Part shown: in pieces, positions 36,473 through 49,879 of the stretch
How the letters are laid out: every line of letters begins with the position of its first letter
How positions within the stretch are numbered: the first letter of the stretch is position 1
From: Vicugna vicugna
Lineage: Eukaryota
Direction of reading: 5' to 3'
Length of the DNA stretch: 64,000 nt
NCBI GenBank assembly: GCA_013265495.1
Contig: MU058423.1
Span: forward strand, 8,169,627 to 8,233,626
Notes under the pieces: model-generated
What the model was told of the DNA's origin: nothing
Databases searched by the model: none
The model's input: only the letters and a program-made list of their open reading frames with translations
Program-made: the position numbers and the translations under genes

Positions 36473-39184
36473 CCATTAACTTTATTTATTGAAGAGTAAG
36501 TACCTATGGGAAATAGGAATTTATCAGCCGGTTAAGATTTTATTTAGCTGTGAACCCTGAAGAACAAATGAGTGAGGGACACAGGGATGGGACAGGAAGG
36601 AAAGGCAGCAAAGAAGAAGGGAGGACCAAAAGAGAGAAAAAGACTGAAAGAAAAGGCAAGATTTATTTAAAATTTTAATAAAGAATCAGCATGTGCAAAG
36701 TAGATTGCACTCAAAAGATTATTTAAAGATAAAATCGCATGAACACATTTCAAGCTAGAGATTATTGGTGCCACATTAAGCAACCGGGAAATTAAGGGCT
36801 TGCACTGACAGGCAGCACTTATACTAAAAACTGAAACTTGGAAATTAGTCATTAAAGTCACCGTAGTGATGTATTTTCTTCCAAATGAACTGTACCATTT
36901 TTTCGCTTAGGGATTTCAAGCTTTCTGTATTTAATGTCACTGCTGGTCTTTGTTAACCCAAGCTAAATATTCCTAAAATATTGTATTATGCATCATAAAC
37001 CTCCTTCTGTTACCAAAATTCTAAGAAAAGAGCATTATAGGAAATAATGCTCTCACTTTACTGACTGATTTTTATTTGATAGTCAGCTTTTCACAAAACA
37101 CCTTAAATTTGATGCAGTCTGTTATTGTGAAGATATCATTTTCATTTTTTTGCTCTCAATCCTCAAAAATCTACAGATAAAAAAAAAACAATCTACATAT
37201 CACTGTGGGTCACCGCCCGAGCAGGAACATGACTCCACACGTGCCATCCTTTTTGAGTTCAAACACTCCATGCAGTGTACTGCTGTGGCTCCCAAGAACC
37301 CTAGCATTCTCCCTCTGCAAAGCCATAATAGTGCGTCTTTGGGATCATAAATCCACGGTGTGTAAAGATGGGGGCTGCGTTAGGTGAAGAGGACAAGGTG
37401 AAGGCGGTTCTCCTATAAGTATCAAATGAATGGTTTGTTGGGATATGTGTCCATTGATATACAAGAAGTGTATCAAGTATTTTAACATATTATAAGTTAC
37501 AATACTTGATATCTTTTTGAGCTAAGTCACTTGGCACACAATAGGTTAACTGAAGCGTTTGGAAGGGTTCAGAATAACACTGCCGGGCTCAGCCTTGCTT
37601 AAACGCTGAGGTTTTGTTTTCAGTTTTGGGTTTTTTTTTTATATATATATACTGACTAAAGAATTAGGCACTAATTATCCACTTTCAAATTTTAAGGTAA
37701 TTGCAAAGTGCAGACACTGAAAATAATTGCTTTGATCATGTGCTATCAATTACCCTGAGTTTGCTGGAGCTTCAGCTGCAAGGGTTCCATGTCAGAGTGG
37801 GGTGTGAGCCAGTCTCTGCATGAACGCTCACTTATCCCCCCTTTGTTATGCTAGAAAGTTAAGTGGTAGACTCACTAAACTAAAATAGCGTTGATAAACA
37901 CTATGAAACTCATTTTAAAAATCAATAGGAATCCAGCAGGCATTTCTCCTGGATGTTAAAGTGAAAATTCAGATGTGACCCAGGGGTTCTGTTTGTTTTA
38001 CTCATGTTTATTATTTAAATATTGTATTTATAGCTTACCTGTGGTTGCCTTAACCTGATTTCTGGCTTGATAAATTGTCACTCAGGCAACCTATAGTCCT
38101 AGGTCCCCAGATTAGATCACTCTCTCAAGTCACAATGACAATCGATGATCTTGTCTCATAAAATAACAGAGGATTCAGATCTCCCTTTCGCTGCCATCTA
38201 CTCCCATCGCTCTCCAACTCTTTCCCAGGATAGTTATTCTCAGAGAATGAGAGCAATCACCAACCTCTCTCTGGCAGACAGTTGAGGACATATGGGGGAA
38301 AAAAACCTGGCCCTGAGCGGCTAGCAACCTTCGGTGTTGACTGAATCACCACGCATGGGCTCCCTGTCCCAGAGTCCAGCAAACACACACGGGGAGTCTC
38401 ACTGGGGCTCGTGACTCTTTTCTTCAGAGGAGCAAAACTCCAGGTCTTTGATTTGTTCGCGTTTGGGGAAATCACTAACTTATCTGAGACTTAGCGTCTT
38501 CTAAAAACAGTTTTTAAATGTTTGAAAAACTATTGGGAAAAATTCAAGGTAGACGAAAAGGCATTTAAAGTCTGAAAAAAGATGCCTCCTCCTTCAGCAG
38601 TCAGACGTTCCCTTTCCTCAGCCCCCAAGGCATCCTTGGCTTCCCTCCGGTACAGCAAGGGTCCCGTTGCCATGGAGCTGTTTGTCTTTCTTCCCCGAGA
38701 GACAGTGAGTCCCTGGGGGCTGCGATTTGTACTCACATCGCCTATCACAGTACCAGGTGCAGCGTCAGTAATCAAGAAACGTTTGCTGAGTTGAAATGAA
38801 ATGAAATACGTTAGATTTACTTCAACCCATAGAGCGAGTCCAACTTTTTCAGGAATATCTCTATTTCAAAACATTGTATTATTTTTATTGGACATTATTC
38901 ATTAACATATAACCATGATTTCATTTATATAATTCTATCAGCCTTTTCCTATAAATAAATCCCAGATCAGGAAAAAGTCTTTTTGCCAGATTCTAGGTCC
39001 TCGTCTGTGGTCTGGGAAGTGTTGTCACTAAATACCAGACAGTGACATTTGCCGCAATTGGAAACATGGCTTGCAGTTGCCTGCCCCTTTCGTTACCTCA
39101 CCATCCGACCTGGGGCTGATCTCAGAGCAAAACAACAGACTCACGGGTTGGTTTTTGATGTACATACATATGTATGTGCATATA

Positions 39185-39740
39185 CTTGAAAGGAATGGAG
39201 AAACCATGGTAACCATCTAATGGGGTTTGCCATTGCAATCAGGAGCAATCTGTCAGATCAGCATAACTGTAAAAGCATGAAGGCAGGTAGGAGAGAAGCT
39301 GGCACTTTACTCAGCGCCCAGGTTGGATGCTTGAGAGAACACTAAGGAAAAAACTGATGAACTCTTTGGAAATAATATTGCATGGCTGCTCAAGAGCAGA
39401 AAGGGAATGGAATCAGGCGTCTCCTTGAATGACTTTTTTGTAGTCAGGCCATCTTTTTCAAAGGAAAGTGTGTGGGAGTTGGTGATGAAGACGAAGGGTG
39501 GTTTGGAGGCAGGACATTTCTACTCCCTGAGTTTTATTTTGCAGCTTTTTTTTTTTTTGAGATATTGAAGTTGGAGAAAAGAAATGATATTAGAAGTAAA
39601 ACATCTTCTCCATAAAGATCATCAGCAGAAAGGGTTCACCTTGACTGTAAAGATTGAGTGATTATGTCCAACTACCCCTACAGTGGGGAAGGCAAGGCGG
39701 ATAGGAAATCACCAAATAATTGTCAGATCATTTCCGTCAA
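39185..39740 (+). mobile_element. decayed APE-endonuclease fossil of an RTE-clade-like LINE
   Basis: Ordered motifs GFA (39223), TLLSA, LNDF (39425), then DYV (39660) and SDH (39723) in one frame. Confidence 0.55.
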
Positions 39741-40499
39741 CCTAATTTCACCATTGGGGTAGCCAACGCACCTGGATGGATCACTTTGAAGCCCAACTTT
39801 TTGTTGTCTTGGAAACAGAATGGCTCCTCCCAGTACGCAGCTGATCAATTGCTCAGCAATCAAACTGCAAACAGTGCTCTGGCAGGACTGTATACCTGGC
39901 AGTTTTGGGACACCAGAGTAATTAGAATCCTAAGCAGGTTTCCTATCACAGGAGGTTAGAGAGACTTTACCAACACAAAGGATTGGGGTATTATGTATTT
40001 GAAATTATAGAGCTTTCCATTTCCTTGATCCCTTCCCAAACACACAATTGCTTTCAATAAAGTCTTGTGTTTAGCTGGTGTCTCTGTGACCAGCAAGACT
40101 GCTTATTTTAATCTAGGAACTAAAGGTAATGATTACAAATACTGCATTTTAATCACTTGTCAGGTATATACAGTTTCTGAAAAAGTTCTGTGCATCTTGT
40201 TTTCATCCTGCAGCCTTTGAAAACAGCATAAATATTCTGTGAGAGAGTCTAAGGTTGAGGTATTAAGCAGTTTGCCTCAGTTCTAAAAGGAGGTCATGAG
40301 TGAGAATTTGAGTAAAGGGAAACATGAATGAAGCTGTTGGAAGGCAAAACGAAGGAGACCGAGGGTTTGAGGATGCTGCCGGTGTTCTCTAAAAGAAAAA
40401 GAAAAGCAAAATAACGGGGGAAACTCTTCCCTCCCCTAAAGCTTAAAATTAGGAGAGTAAATAATTATGAGGGAGAAATAACCAATGAACTCCCCAATA

Positions 40500-41960
40500 T
40501 GTAACATATTCTACCTCATTCATCCTTTTATATCAGAGGAAATGACCCTCCTCCCAGGCCAGTGTCCTGCTTGGAGACTTCCCTCTCACCCATCTCTGAA
40601 ACCTTCTCTTTCCTCCATAAAAAATCAAGTTCTCCCTTGGATCTTTCCCATCAGCAATTATATCTGCTCAAGGTTGTCCCATCTGAAAAAAAAAAAAAAA
40701 GTTCTCTCATCTCTACAGCATTTATCCTCTGCTGCCGTTTGCAGCTAATCTCTTGAAAGAGTCGTCTAACTCCATGGTTTCTATTTCTCACCTCCCACTC
40801 CCTAAAACTTACACCTACAAACTTAATCATCTCTGATCTCTTTGTCTGCTTTTTGCTCTTTCTCCTCTAACAGACCCCATGAAAAACCTCAAACCTGTGC
40901 CCTCTAGCACATTCTTTTCTTATTCTTTGTTCTCTTCTTAGGCAATTTCATCCAGACACATGAACTTGGCTAACATTTCTAGTCCCTCAGATTCTCAAGA
41001 TCAAACCTCCCCTCTGAGCTCGCAAACAATGTGTCTAACTCCCACGCAGAAACCTCCAACTGAATGGCTTGAAGGTTTCTCACTATTAACCTGTAGAAGA
41101 CTGAACTCAAGATCTGCCCCAAAACCTAAACTTACTCCAGTGTTCCCCTCCTCGGTGCATGGTACCGAGCCAGAATCTTTGCTTAAACATTTCCCAAATA
41201 CGTCCACTGCTCACCTCGTCCACAGCCACGCCCCTAACCCATGCTACAACCTTGTCTTGCAGAGGCTTCTGCAGTGACCTACTGCTAACCGGTCTCCCTA
41301 CCCTCCAAGCCCCCTCCAGCATGCTCTCCACACAGAGCCTGGGTGACATTTTCAAAACCAAAATCTGATGAAGGTCACACTCTTATAAACACCGTGATTG
41401 ACTTCCCACAAATCATAAATTCAAGATCAAAAGCCTCTAGGTTTGCATTTCTTACAAAGACCTGCCTTTCTGGACCCTGACCTCCCTCTAAGCATCAAAT
41501 AATACCATCCTCTGCCTCATTCTCTCCAACCCCACTGACACCTTCCATCAGTTCCTGGAGCTTAGCAACTTTTTTTCTACCACACAGCTGCACACACACC
41601 TTCCCCACTACAGGAAATGCACTCTTCCTCACATCGCTCCTGCCATCAGCCAAGTTTGCAGGCCACTCATCCTTTATGCTTCAGCTGAGCCGTCACTGTC
41701 TCCCAGAAAACTCCTTGCCACCCTAGTCTAGGGCAGGCTCCTTCGTCAGACAGCTTCACAGAAACTCATTCTTCCTTCAGAGAGAATTTAGCTCTATTTA
41801 TAATTATACATCCGCTGGTACCTTCATTTGTTCAGTGTCTCTCACCCACCTGTCTGAAAACTCTGTAGAAGTAGGCATGAGATCTGCTTTTGTCCCTCCC
41901 TCTTTCCAAGAAGCTGCACAGAATCTCCAGCACATGAAGATCACTTAATAAACAATGTGT
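40500..41960 (+). mobile_element. L2 LINE (about 1.4 kb of 3' portion)
   Basis: Pyrimidine-rich; 'cccctctgagctc...tgaactcaa...ccaaaacctaaact...ttttcaaaaccaaaatctgatg...cacttaataaac'. Confidence 0.8.
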
Positions 41961-42429
41961 TTAATACAGAAGTGTTTTAAAACTATATCACCTATATTTC
42001 ATATTTCTGCCATTGAAAGTGTGATTGAAATATCCCAGCATGGCTGCTGGATGACTCACACAACTGTTTTGTGTGAGAGCAGGCATCACAAGTGTAGCAT
42101 AAATGTTCCCGAAACTGTGAAGGATAACAGAGTCCATTTATTTTAAGGCAAAGTGTTGGAGAATCCATTGAACGGCTTCCCAGTAGTCATTGTGCTCAGT
42201 GAGAGAAACATGGCTGGGAACTGCCGTGGCCGTAAATGTGAAGGAATAGCAGGTGGTACTCTGTCAGCACCTAACTCCCCCAATTTACAAAGCAGATGAG
42301 TTCCAGCAAGGTAAAAAGGCATGTCCAAGTTCCTGTAATGTAGGACCCAATAACGCCACTTGATTTGTATCCTGCCGTGTTCTCAGAGGACATGTGATAA
42401 AGTGTATCAATTAAAAGGAACGGGGTAGG

Positions 42430-43350
42430 TATACGATAAGTATTATTCCTTTAACATTTGTTTAGGAAGCTCATTCTGCAGAACTGAAAGCAACACAGAC
42501 ATGATATCTTCCCTCGTGGATCTTAGATGAATTACGGTAATTATAGCTTGTGAGAGTTTTACTATCAAACTCATAAAAAAGGCAGGGTGACACAGACTAG
42601 TGACAGAAGGAAAAAGCCACCGCCACTTTCTACAGACTGGCCAGGGCAGAGCTCTCTGAGATGACATTGGAGTTCAGATGTAACAGATGAGAAGCGGGCG
42701 ACCCCATGAAGGGATGGTAGAATAACCTCAGTGGAAAGAGAGTTTCAGGCTGAGGCCACAGCACATGGTAAGGCCCTGAGGAGTTCCAGAACTTGTCTTC
42801 TTGAAGGCAACTAAGAGCAGTGTGGTTGGGAGGTGGTGGTTAGTGGGGATACTATGGGATGAAGCTGGGGAAACCAGGAGCAGCCAAGCCATCCAGGGCT
42901 CTGAATCCTACAGCAAGAAGCGTATCCTTTCCTCTGAGACCTAAGCGTGGCCATGGAGAGGGCTGAGGTCTGAGAGCTGGAGGTTGAATGGTGACATGAC
43001 CTGATTTTCAGTTTTAAAAGATTACTCTAGCTGTTGGGGGCAAAAACTGATTTCAGAGAGGCCATTTAGGAGATAATTGCTGTAGTCCAGGCAAGAGATG
43101 TTGGTGTCTTGGGTTAATGTGATGACAGTGCAGATGAAGAAGTAAGTGTTTCTGCACTGTGTCTTGGGAGGAGAAAGACAGGAAGGAGCAGAAATGGAGG
43201 TGGAAACAAGGATTAAGTCTTCAGTAATCGAGTGACGGAGAGGTCAGGAGAAGGCAGCTTCAGAAAGGCTTAGCGGGTGGTGTTGCTGAATGTCGTAAGG
43301 TAAAGGGAGCTTAGGGCTTTGAATGAGAAAGGAAAGTTCTTAAATGTGAC
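42430..43350 (-). mobile_element. L2 fragment
   Basis: 'gtgacatgacctgattttcagttttaaaagattactctagctg...gtagtccaggcaagagatg'. Confidence 0.75.
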
Positions 43351-44381
43351 TGTGAGAAGCAAAGAGGATGCCTCTCATGGGGCACAAGAGAGAAAAAGAG
43401 GAAGAAGAGAAAACCACCTCCACTGGACAAGGTTCCAGGCGAAATTACCTTTGAAAGGGACAGACGAGGTTTCAGTGAAGGCATGGAGATGAAGGAACGC
43501 TCAGCTACAAACCACATCTGTGGCTCACAGACCAGGGGTTCCAGACGACACAGTGAGAGAATTTAGAGGAAGAGGAGGGACGGTGAGGGGGTGACAGGAG
43601 AACACATGTCCTTAGAAGAGTAACGGTTGCATACAGAGCCTGGGACTCCTGCAAGGACTGCAGTACCCTGGGGCCTGAGGCATGATGAGGTAGATCTTGA
43701 GAGGCTTCTGAGGGGAGGACAGTAAATTCAAGCTGGGACCCTGAACAAGAGGCTTGATGGCATGAAGATTCCTAAGTGACCTCTCCCTCCTACAACTCAT
43801 GAAACAGGAGGTCTGGGTGCTGTGTTCGCTCAGTGCCACCCCTCCATCCTGCAAGGACAATGACTCGTGTGACTGGGGTCCAGAGGAACATTCTCACAGA
43901 TGGCTGGAAGTGGAATTTTGTAGCTGCCATGTTCTTATTAAATCCCATTTCCCTAGGCGTAATTCACTGGAACATGGGTGGGCACCGGCCCCAATCTGGG
44001 TCAAGTAGACTCTTTTCCTAGAATCTTTCTTTTTACGACAGGGAGCCCTTCACTGGAGATAGAAGTAATTAGATGTAAAACATGGTATCTACGGACAGTG
44101 ATTTTTCCAGTCATGCAGACAGCCAGTCTAAATGAGAATCGCTCAACTCTTGCTTGAATGTCATGAGCCAATAAATGTATCATTTGCCTAAGATAATCAG
44201 TTTCTGTCTCTCGAAACCAAGAGTACTAACTTGAAACCAAAGACTAATAGCTAATGCACGGATTCTGTAAACTTCTGATGTTGACCATCGCCAGGCATAG
44301 TGTAACAGCCCCATAAAATGAGTAAGTAAATTTTCTCCCCATCAGTGTGAGGCAGCCATAAAAGTGGGACATGCTTAATAC

Positions 44382-44897
44382 TGTATTAGTCAGGGTTCTC
44401 AAGAGGAACAGAACCGATAGGGTGTGTGTGTGTGTGTGTACAAAGAGAGAGGGAGTATAAGGAAGTAGCTCCCATGGTTATGAAGGCCAATAAGTCCAAA
44501 GATCTGCAGTGGGCAAGCTGAGACCTGAGAGCCAATGGTGTGCTTCCAGTCCGAACACCGGCAGGCATGAGACCCAGGAAGAGCTGATGTTTCAGTGTGA
44601 GTGCAAAGGCAGGAAAACAAAACAAAACAAAAAAACCCAAAAAACAACCTGATGATCACACTCAAAGACAGCCAGACAAAAGGAATTCTCTTCTTACTCA
44701 GACTTTTTGTTCTATTCAGGTCTTCAACTGATTGGATGAGGCTCACCCACATTAGGGAAAGTAACTTGCTTTCTCCACCAATTTAAATGCCAATCTCAAC
44801 CAGAAGCTCCCTCAAAGACTCACCCAAAATAATGTTTGACTCAATATCTGCACACTCTGTGGCCCAGTCCAGTTGACACATAAAATGAACCATCACG
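44382..44897 (-). mobile_element. MLT2B-like ERVL LTR
   Basis: 'tgtattagtcagggttctc...cttcaactgattggatgaggctcacccacatt...agttgacacataaaatgaaccatcac'. Confidence 0.9.
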
Positions 44898-47800
44898 CTG
44901 CATAATCTTACAAGGCTGCCTTCTGGATGTAGGACTGCTTTGGGCTGTGTTGAGGGCAGCAGGATGTGTTAATACTGCTATTGAGCAAGTCCAGGTGCCA
45001 GGGCGTTGTGCTTGCTCTGGTGACCTTGGGCTAGCTCTCAGGTGAGGTGACGTCCTGATAAAAGAATAGCGGAGGTAGGGACATTGCGAGGAGGACAGAA
45101 AGAAAACCCTCAGAGCTGACTTCACTCCCGTAGCTGAGTGAGCAAACTGTTCTAAGCAAGTGGAATTGTGAACATTTAGAAAACTTGATAAAGTAGTTTG
45201 TGAAAGTCTATAAAGTGGAATGAGCTGGAGGAAGTTTAATTGGAAGAGACTGTCCTCCAAACTATCCTGATCAGGGACCCATGGGCCCGCACTCCCAAAG
45301 CTGAATTATCAGGACTAAGAACTAAGGCTCTCACGTCAGTGTGCCTCTGCTATTTGCTCCAGAAAATTTTCTCCAATGAAGATAAGGGTATAAATGGTGC
45401 AAACACTGGGTTTACCAATCCTAAATATTGAACTTTGCCTGATCTCAGTCAGATCCCCATATCAAAATTCTACTTGTTTCAACCAGACTTTGAAATCCTA
45501 CACATTTCTGCCTCTGATCGCTCTCTTTTTAGATCCTAGACATTATCAAAGGGGTGTTTTCCCAATTTTACTAAGTTTATAAGCTAACTTTTGTTTGATC
45601 AGTAGGTTATTCAGTGGTCTTTTGGGGGTTCAAGAATCACAACTAAGTTCTTTCCCTAACTTACAGTGTGACTTTGGGTAAGTCAGTTACATTGTCAAAT
45701 GTCTCTAGACGTAAAATGAATCCAATAATACTTACATCTTCCTCACAAAGTCATTGGGAGAACGGAGTGCACTATAATTTTTTATAGCACTTTCTACCCA
45801 AGGATCTCAAGGCATTTTATTTCTTCCAAATGCAAATATATGACATGAATAATTGCATTGCTTCTGAAAGTTACAGAGAAAAGGCTTTCATAGCTCCAAC
45901 GACAGGGTGCTATCAAACTCAGCATTCTCTAAAGGCAATGACTTGATCACACCATTACGTAAGAGCAAGACACTGGGAAGGATTAAGACCTTAAACTTGC
46001 TACTAGTTTCCTAATTAAGGGCTAGGAATGCCTCCCAACTGCTGACTTCTTTATTTGACTTCATTAGAAAATCACACATGGATGGATTCATAATTACTCT
46101 TAAATTACAAACACTTGTCTATTAATGTCACCAAACTGAGAAGCAGTACAACTGTCTCTGATATGTCAACTTTAAAAGCTGTGAAGCAAACTGTTACTCT
46201 GTGTTATTATATTGAACCTTTCACATTTTGGATTCTAAATGGTACTAATGCTTTTAGAGGCTTGGAACATTCTGTCTTTATCCTTCACAAGGAGAGAAAA
46301 AAAATTTATCCTAACAAAAGGGTAGATAGAAAACAGCAAATAGTTCACACTGTTTTGTGTTTTTTTTTCAAAGGATCATAAACCAAGTCACACTAGATTC
46401 CAATAAGATTTAATTTTAGAGCAGATCATTTTAGAATTTCTTGGCGAGAAAGTGTTGGTTTTGGAAGTGTTCCCTTCCCAATTCTTGTTGCCTGGGTATT
46501 TAAGATGCAAAGAAAAGGTTTAGAGAGTTAGTGAGCTGATTCTTTACAAAAAGACGCTACTGGATTTCTAAGTTTATCACTACATATCAAGATGTCTATA
46601 ATTCAGAAGATGTAATTTGACATTCAGACAAAAATACTGGACAATGCAGGAAAAAAAATGAAATGTGATGTCTTCTATGAACTTGAGATAATTGCTTTAT
46701 CCTTGCCAAGATTTACTGAAACTGGATTTGTAATCACTACAGAGGGTCCTGCAGGAAATCCGTAGTGTACAAGACCTTTCTAATTTGCACTAATTGACTA
46801 AAATTATAAAATTTTGTGAATTGAAGAAAGAAATAATATGATTATTAAGACTCCGGGGCAATGAATCAAGCCAAGTGTCTTCATCATAGACAGAACAATG
46901 CCCTTTAACAGGGACCAGGATGTCTCCTAGCAACCTAATCAGCTCTTCACTGGGAACAAAGCACACAGAACAGTTAAAGCAAGTAACTCCTCCTAGCTAG
47001 TTTTGCATTCTATTTTGGGAGATGATACCAATCTGTAGCCCCAGTAAATCACTAATCTACCTTCATGTGTCTAGGTGTCTTTCCATAAAATTAAAGATTT
47101 TGAGGATAGTTAGGAAAAAGAGCAAGGAGCCGACTAAGCTAAATAATATTAATTTAAGTCAAATTTGAAGTCAGTAAGAAAGGCAGGTAAACATCAAAGA
47201 AAGTTCAAACCTCCCCTTAACCCACTGAGAACAGACTTCACAAAACACAGCTTGTTTTCCAGAAACCAGCCTTTAAACTCTCATAAAATACTGTCAAAGC
47301 CCAGCCATATGGAGCAAGAGTGATTTCTCTGTCTCTCCATTAGGACTTATTTATTCCTGTTCCTTTCCTCCAGCTTTCACAGTGGGATGATTTCCGGAGC
47401 AAATTAGGGACGAGGAAAGAGAATCCGGGTCTCATTTGTCTCCCTGCCAGCTCCTCCCCTGTAAGCGCCTGTCCCACCCTTGGTACCACCTTGTCACAGA
47501 AAGGGAGAAAGTAAGCTAGACCCTGGAAAATTGCCGCCAGCAGTGCCTCCTCTGTCCCACACACCCCCCACCTATGGATGCCAGTAAAATCCCTGCATTT
47601 GGAATCCACTCCAGGGCGTGACATAAAAATATCCTATGAGAAAGTATGCAGTGAATTTTTCATCTCTGTTAAGGGAATGTTATTAATTCTTTTTGAAACA
47701 ATAATGTATCTCTGTTTCCCTCCAGGATATTTATTTTTCGCTGCTAAAGAATCCAGACCCAAACATTGCCATGAGTCCACAACAACTCAGCTGTTAAAAG

Positions 47801-49879
47801 CTATACTCAAATCTTACCCAAAGGTGTCTCCTTGGTGGCCATTCTCAGCACTCCTTTCAGCAAACGAAAATGCATCTCAGAGAGACGCACTCATTTACAA
47901 ATTAGTCCCCTTGCAGTTAATACACTGTTGGTAGGATTTAAAGCTCTCATTATCTTTCATTATTTACTGCCACTGTATTAATATCCCGTGAAATGTTTCC
48001 TCTGAAATGATTTTAATCTTTTTATTTAGCTTGTTCTAAACTCAACCACGTTGCAGTAATGAACCTGCTCCCCCTAATTAACTGCTCACAGGGAGCCCAC
48101 ACTACCCTGCCAGGCAGTTATTACTAATGTGAATTGTTCAAATGGCCCTGATGGGAGCCTGGATGCCAACGGGCTCAGTATTCACATTCCATCAATTCTT
48201 TCATAACCACGAGCTTAGATTCTGGGCAGCAATGTCTGCTAATTGGTACCTTAAAACTTGCTCCAGTGGCTATCTACACACCCCAAACAAGATCCCTTCA
48301 GTCTGTGCCTAGGACTAAAAGAGTCAACACTAGAAATGTATTTATTAAATCAAACGGCCCTCACTGATATGCTTACCAAGACACTGTCACCGTGCAGGGC
48401 ACTAGAGACGAAAGGCTACAGAAGCCACAGTCACAGAGGTCTCAAGATCTCACAGGCGATCAGAGGAAAATCCACAAGAAAGTTGTTTCTAACAGAAGAT
48501 ATAATTGAAACTTCTGTGCACACAAAAATGTCATAAAACATTATCAGATTAATTCCACATAAGTAGACTATACAGTTCAAAAGAGTGAGAAATCACTGTG
48601 GGCTAGAATGAGCTGGAAGACTTCACTCTTTTAAAGATGCTCAGGCCAAATCCTGATGAAATGGCAGGAGTACCAGTGGAGGAGGGCATTCTTAGTCACT
48701 GCAAGTCACTTGGTCACTGAGTACCTATGTGAGTACCAGTCAACTTGTTTATGCTGCAAAACTTACAAGGAGGTCTTATATCTTGATGTTTTTCAAGAAG
48801 AAAACAGGCATAGAGAAGTCACATAGCTAATCTGTGGCAGAGCCATAATTTGGATACAGTGTAACCCCAAGCCAGTCTAAACACTCTGTTATAATGTGTC
48901 CCCACTCAGCATTAGGAGGTGGAAACTGAGTGAGAAATAACCTGAAGAGCTGACACTTTAAGTAGATCATTTTAACGTCATGAAAGGGCCCAAGAGGTTG
49001 AACCCAGAGAGATGAGGATACAAAGGTGGACTTCGGAGGGCTCTGAATGGCATGAAGCCTCCTTCTGAGCAGACCCCCAGCACGTTGTGATGGAATGAAC
49101 TCCTAGAGAGGTCCCAGGCCATATGGTCTCCAGCCAGGTGCACATGCCACGTGCTGGGGTAACTCTGCATTTATTCTTGCCCCTTCAGCTTCCAAAAGCA
49201 GTCAGTTTAGACAGTTTTCAAGCCACTTGCTTTACAAGACAAAGCCTCAGAACATCACAGCTGCAAGGACTCAGAGAGATAGTCTAAGGCAAGCCTTCTC
49301 AAGATCTGGGTTCTCTCTCTCCCTCAGTCAAGACTTAGATCACCTGCCGACACTCAAGAACGAGATGCAAGCCTCTGCCCACTGGTCGTGTGATCTCAAA
49401 CTCAAGGCTTGACCTTTCTATACCTAAATCTCTCCATGGAATCCTTTCTGCATTTGCTCACCAGACAGCTTAGGCATCTCTAAACACCTCTTCAGATGTC
49501 TGACCCCCCAGCCTCCAAAATATTCTCCTACCTAGCTTGGAAAACTATATAGAGTAGTACCCCAGACACTCTTCCTATAAGAACCCTCATCTAATATTCT
49601 TAAATGCCAAGAGTCCTCGCCCACTATGGCGTGTGTTTGTATTGTACTGGTTGACTGAGAAAATAATGACCAACGCTTCTGCTGATATAGGCACTTTTTA
49701 GAGGGAACGTGCATCTTGCCGTTTGGAACAGCAGCTACATACAGCTGAAGAATGAAATGACCAAACTGAGGGAGCCATGGCATTTATTCAGACTGCAGAC
49801 AATACTGATCCTCGAACAGATTTGCCATACTTCACACTGATGCTAAGGCCTTTCCACAGATATTTAGCCCTCTGACTGC

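Noticed and set aside
46500..46850. AT-rich stretch suspected to be a transposase fossil
   Set aside because: I could not recover any ordered protein motifs
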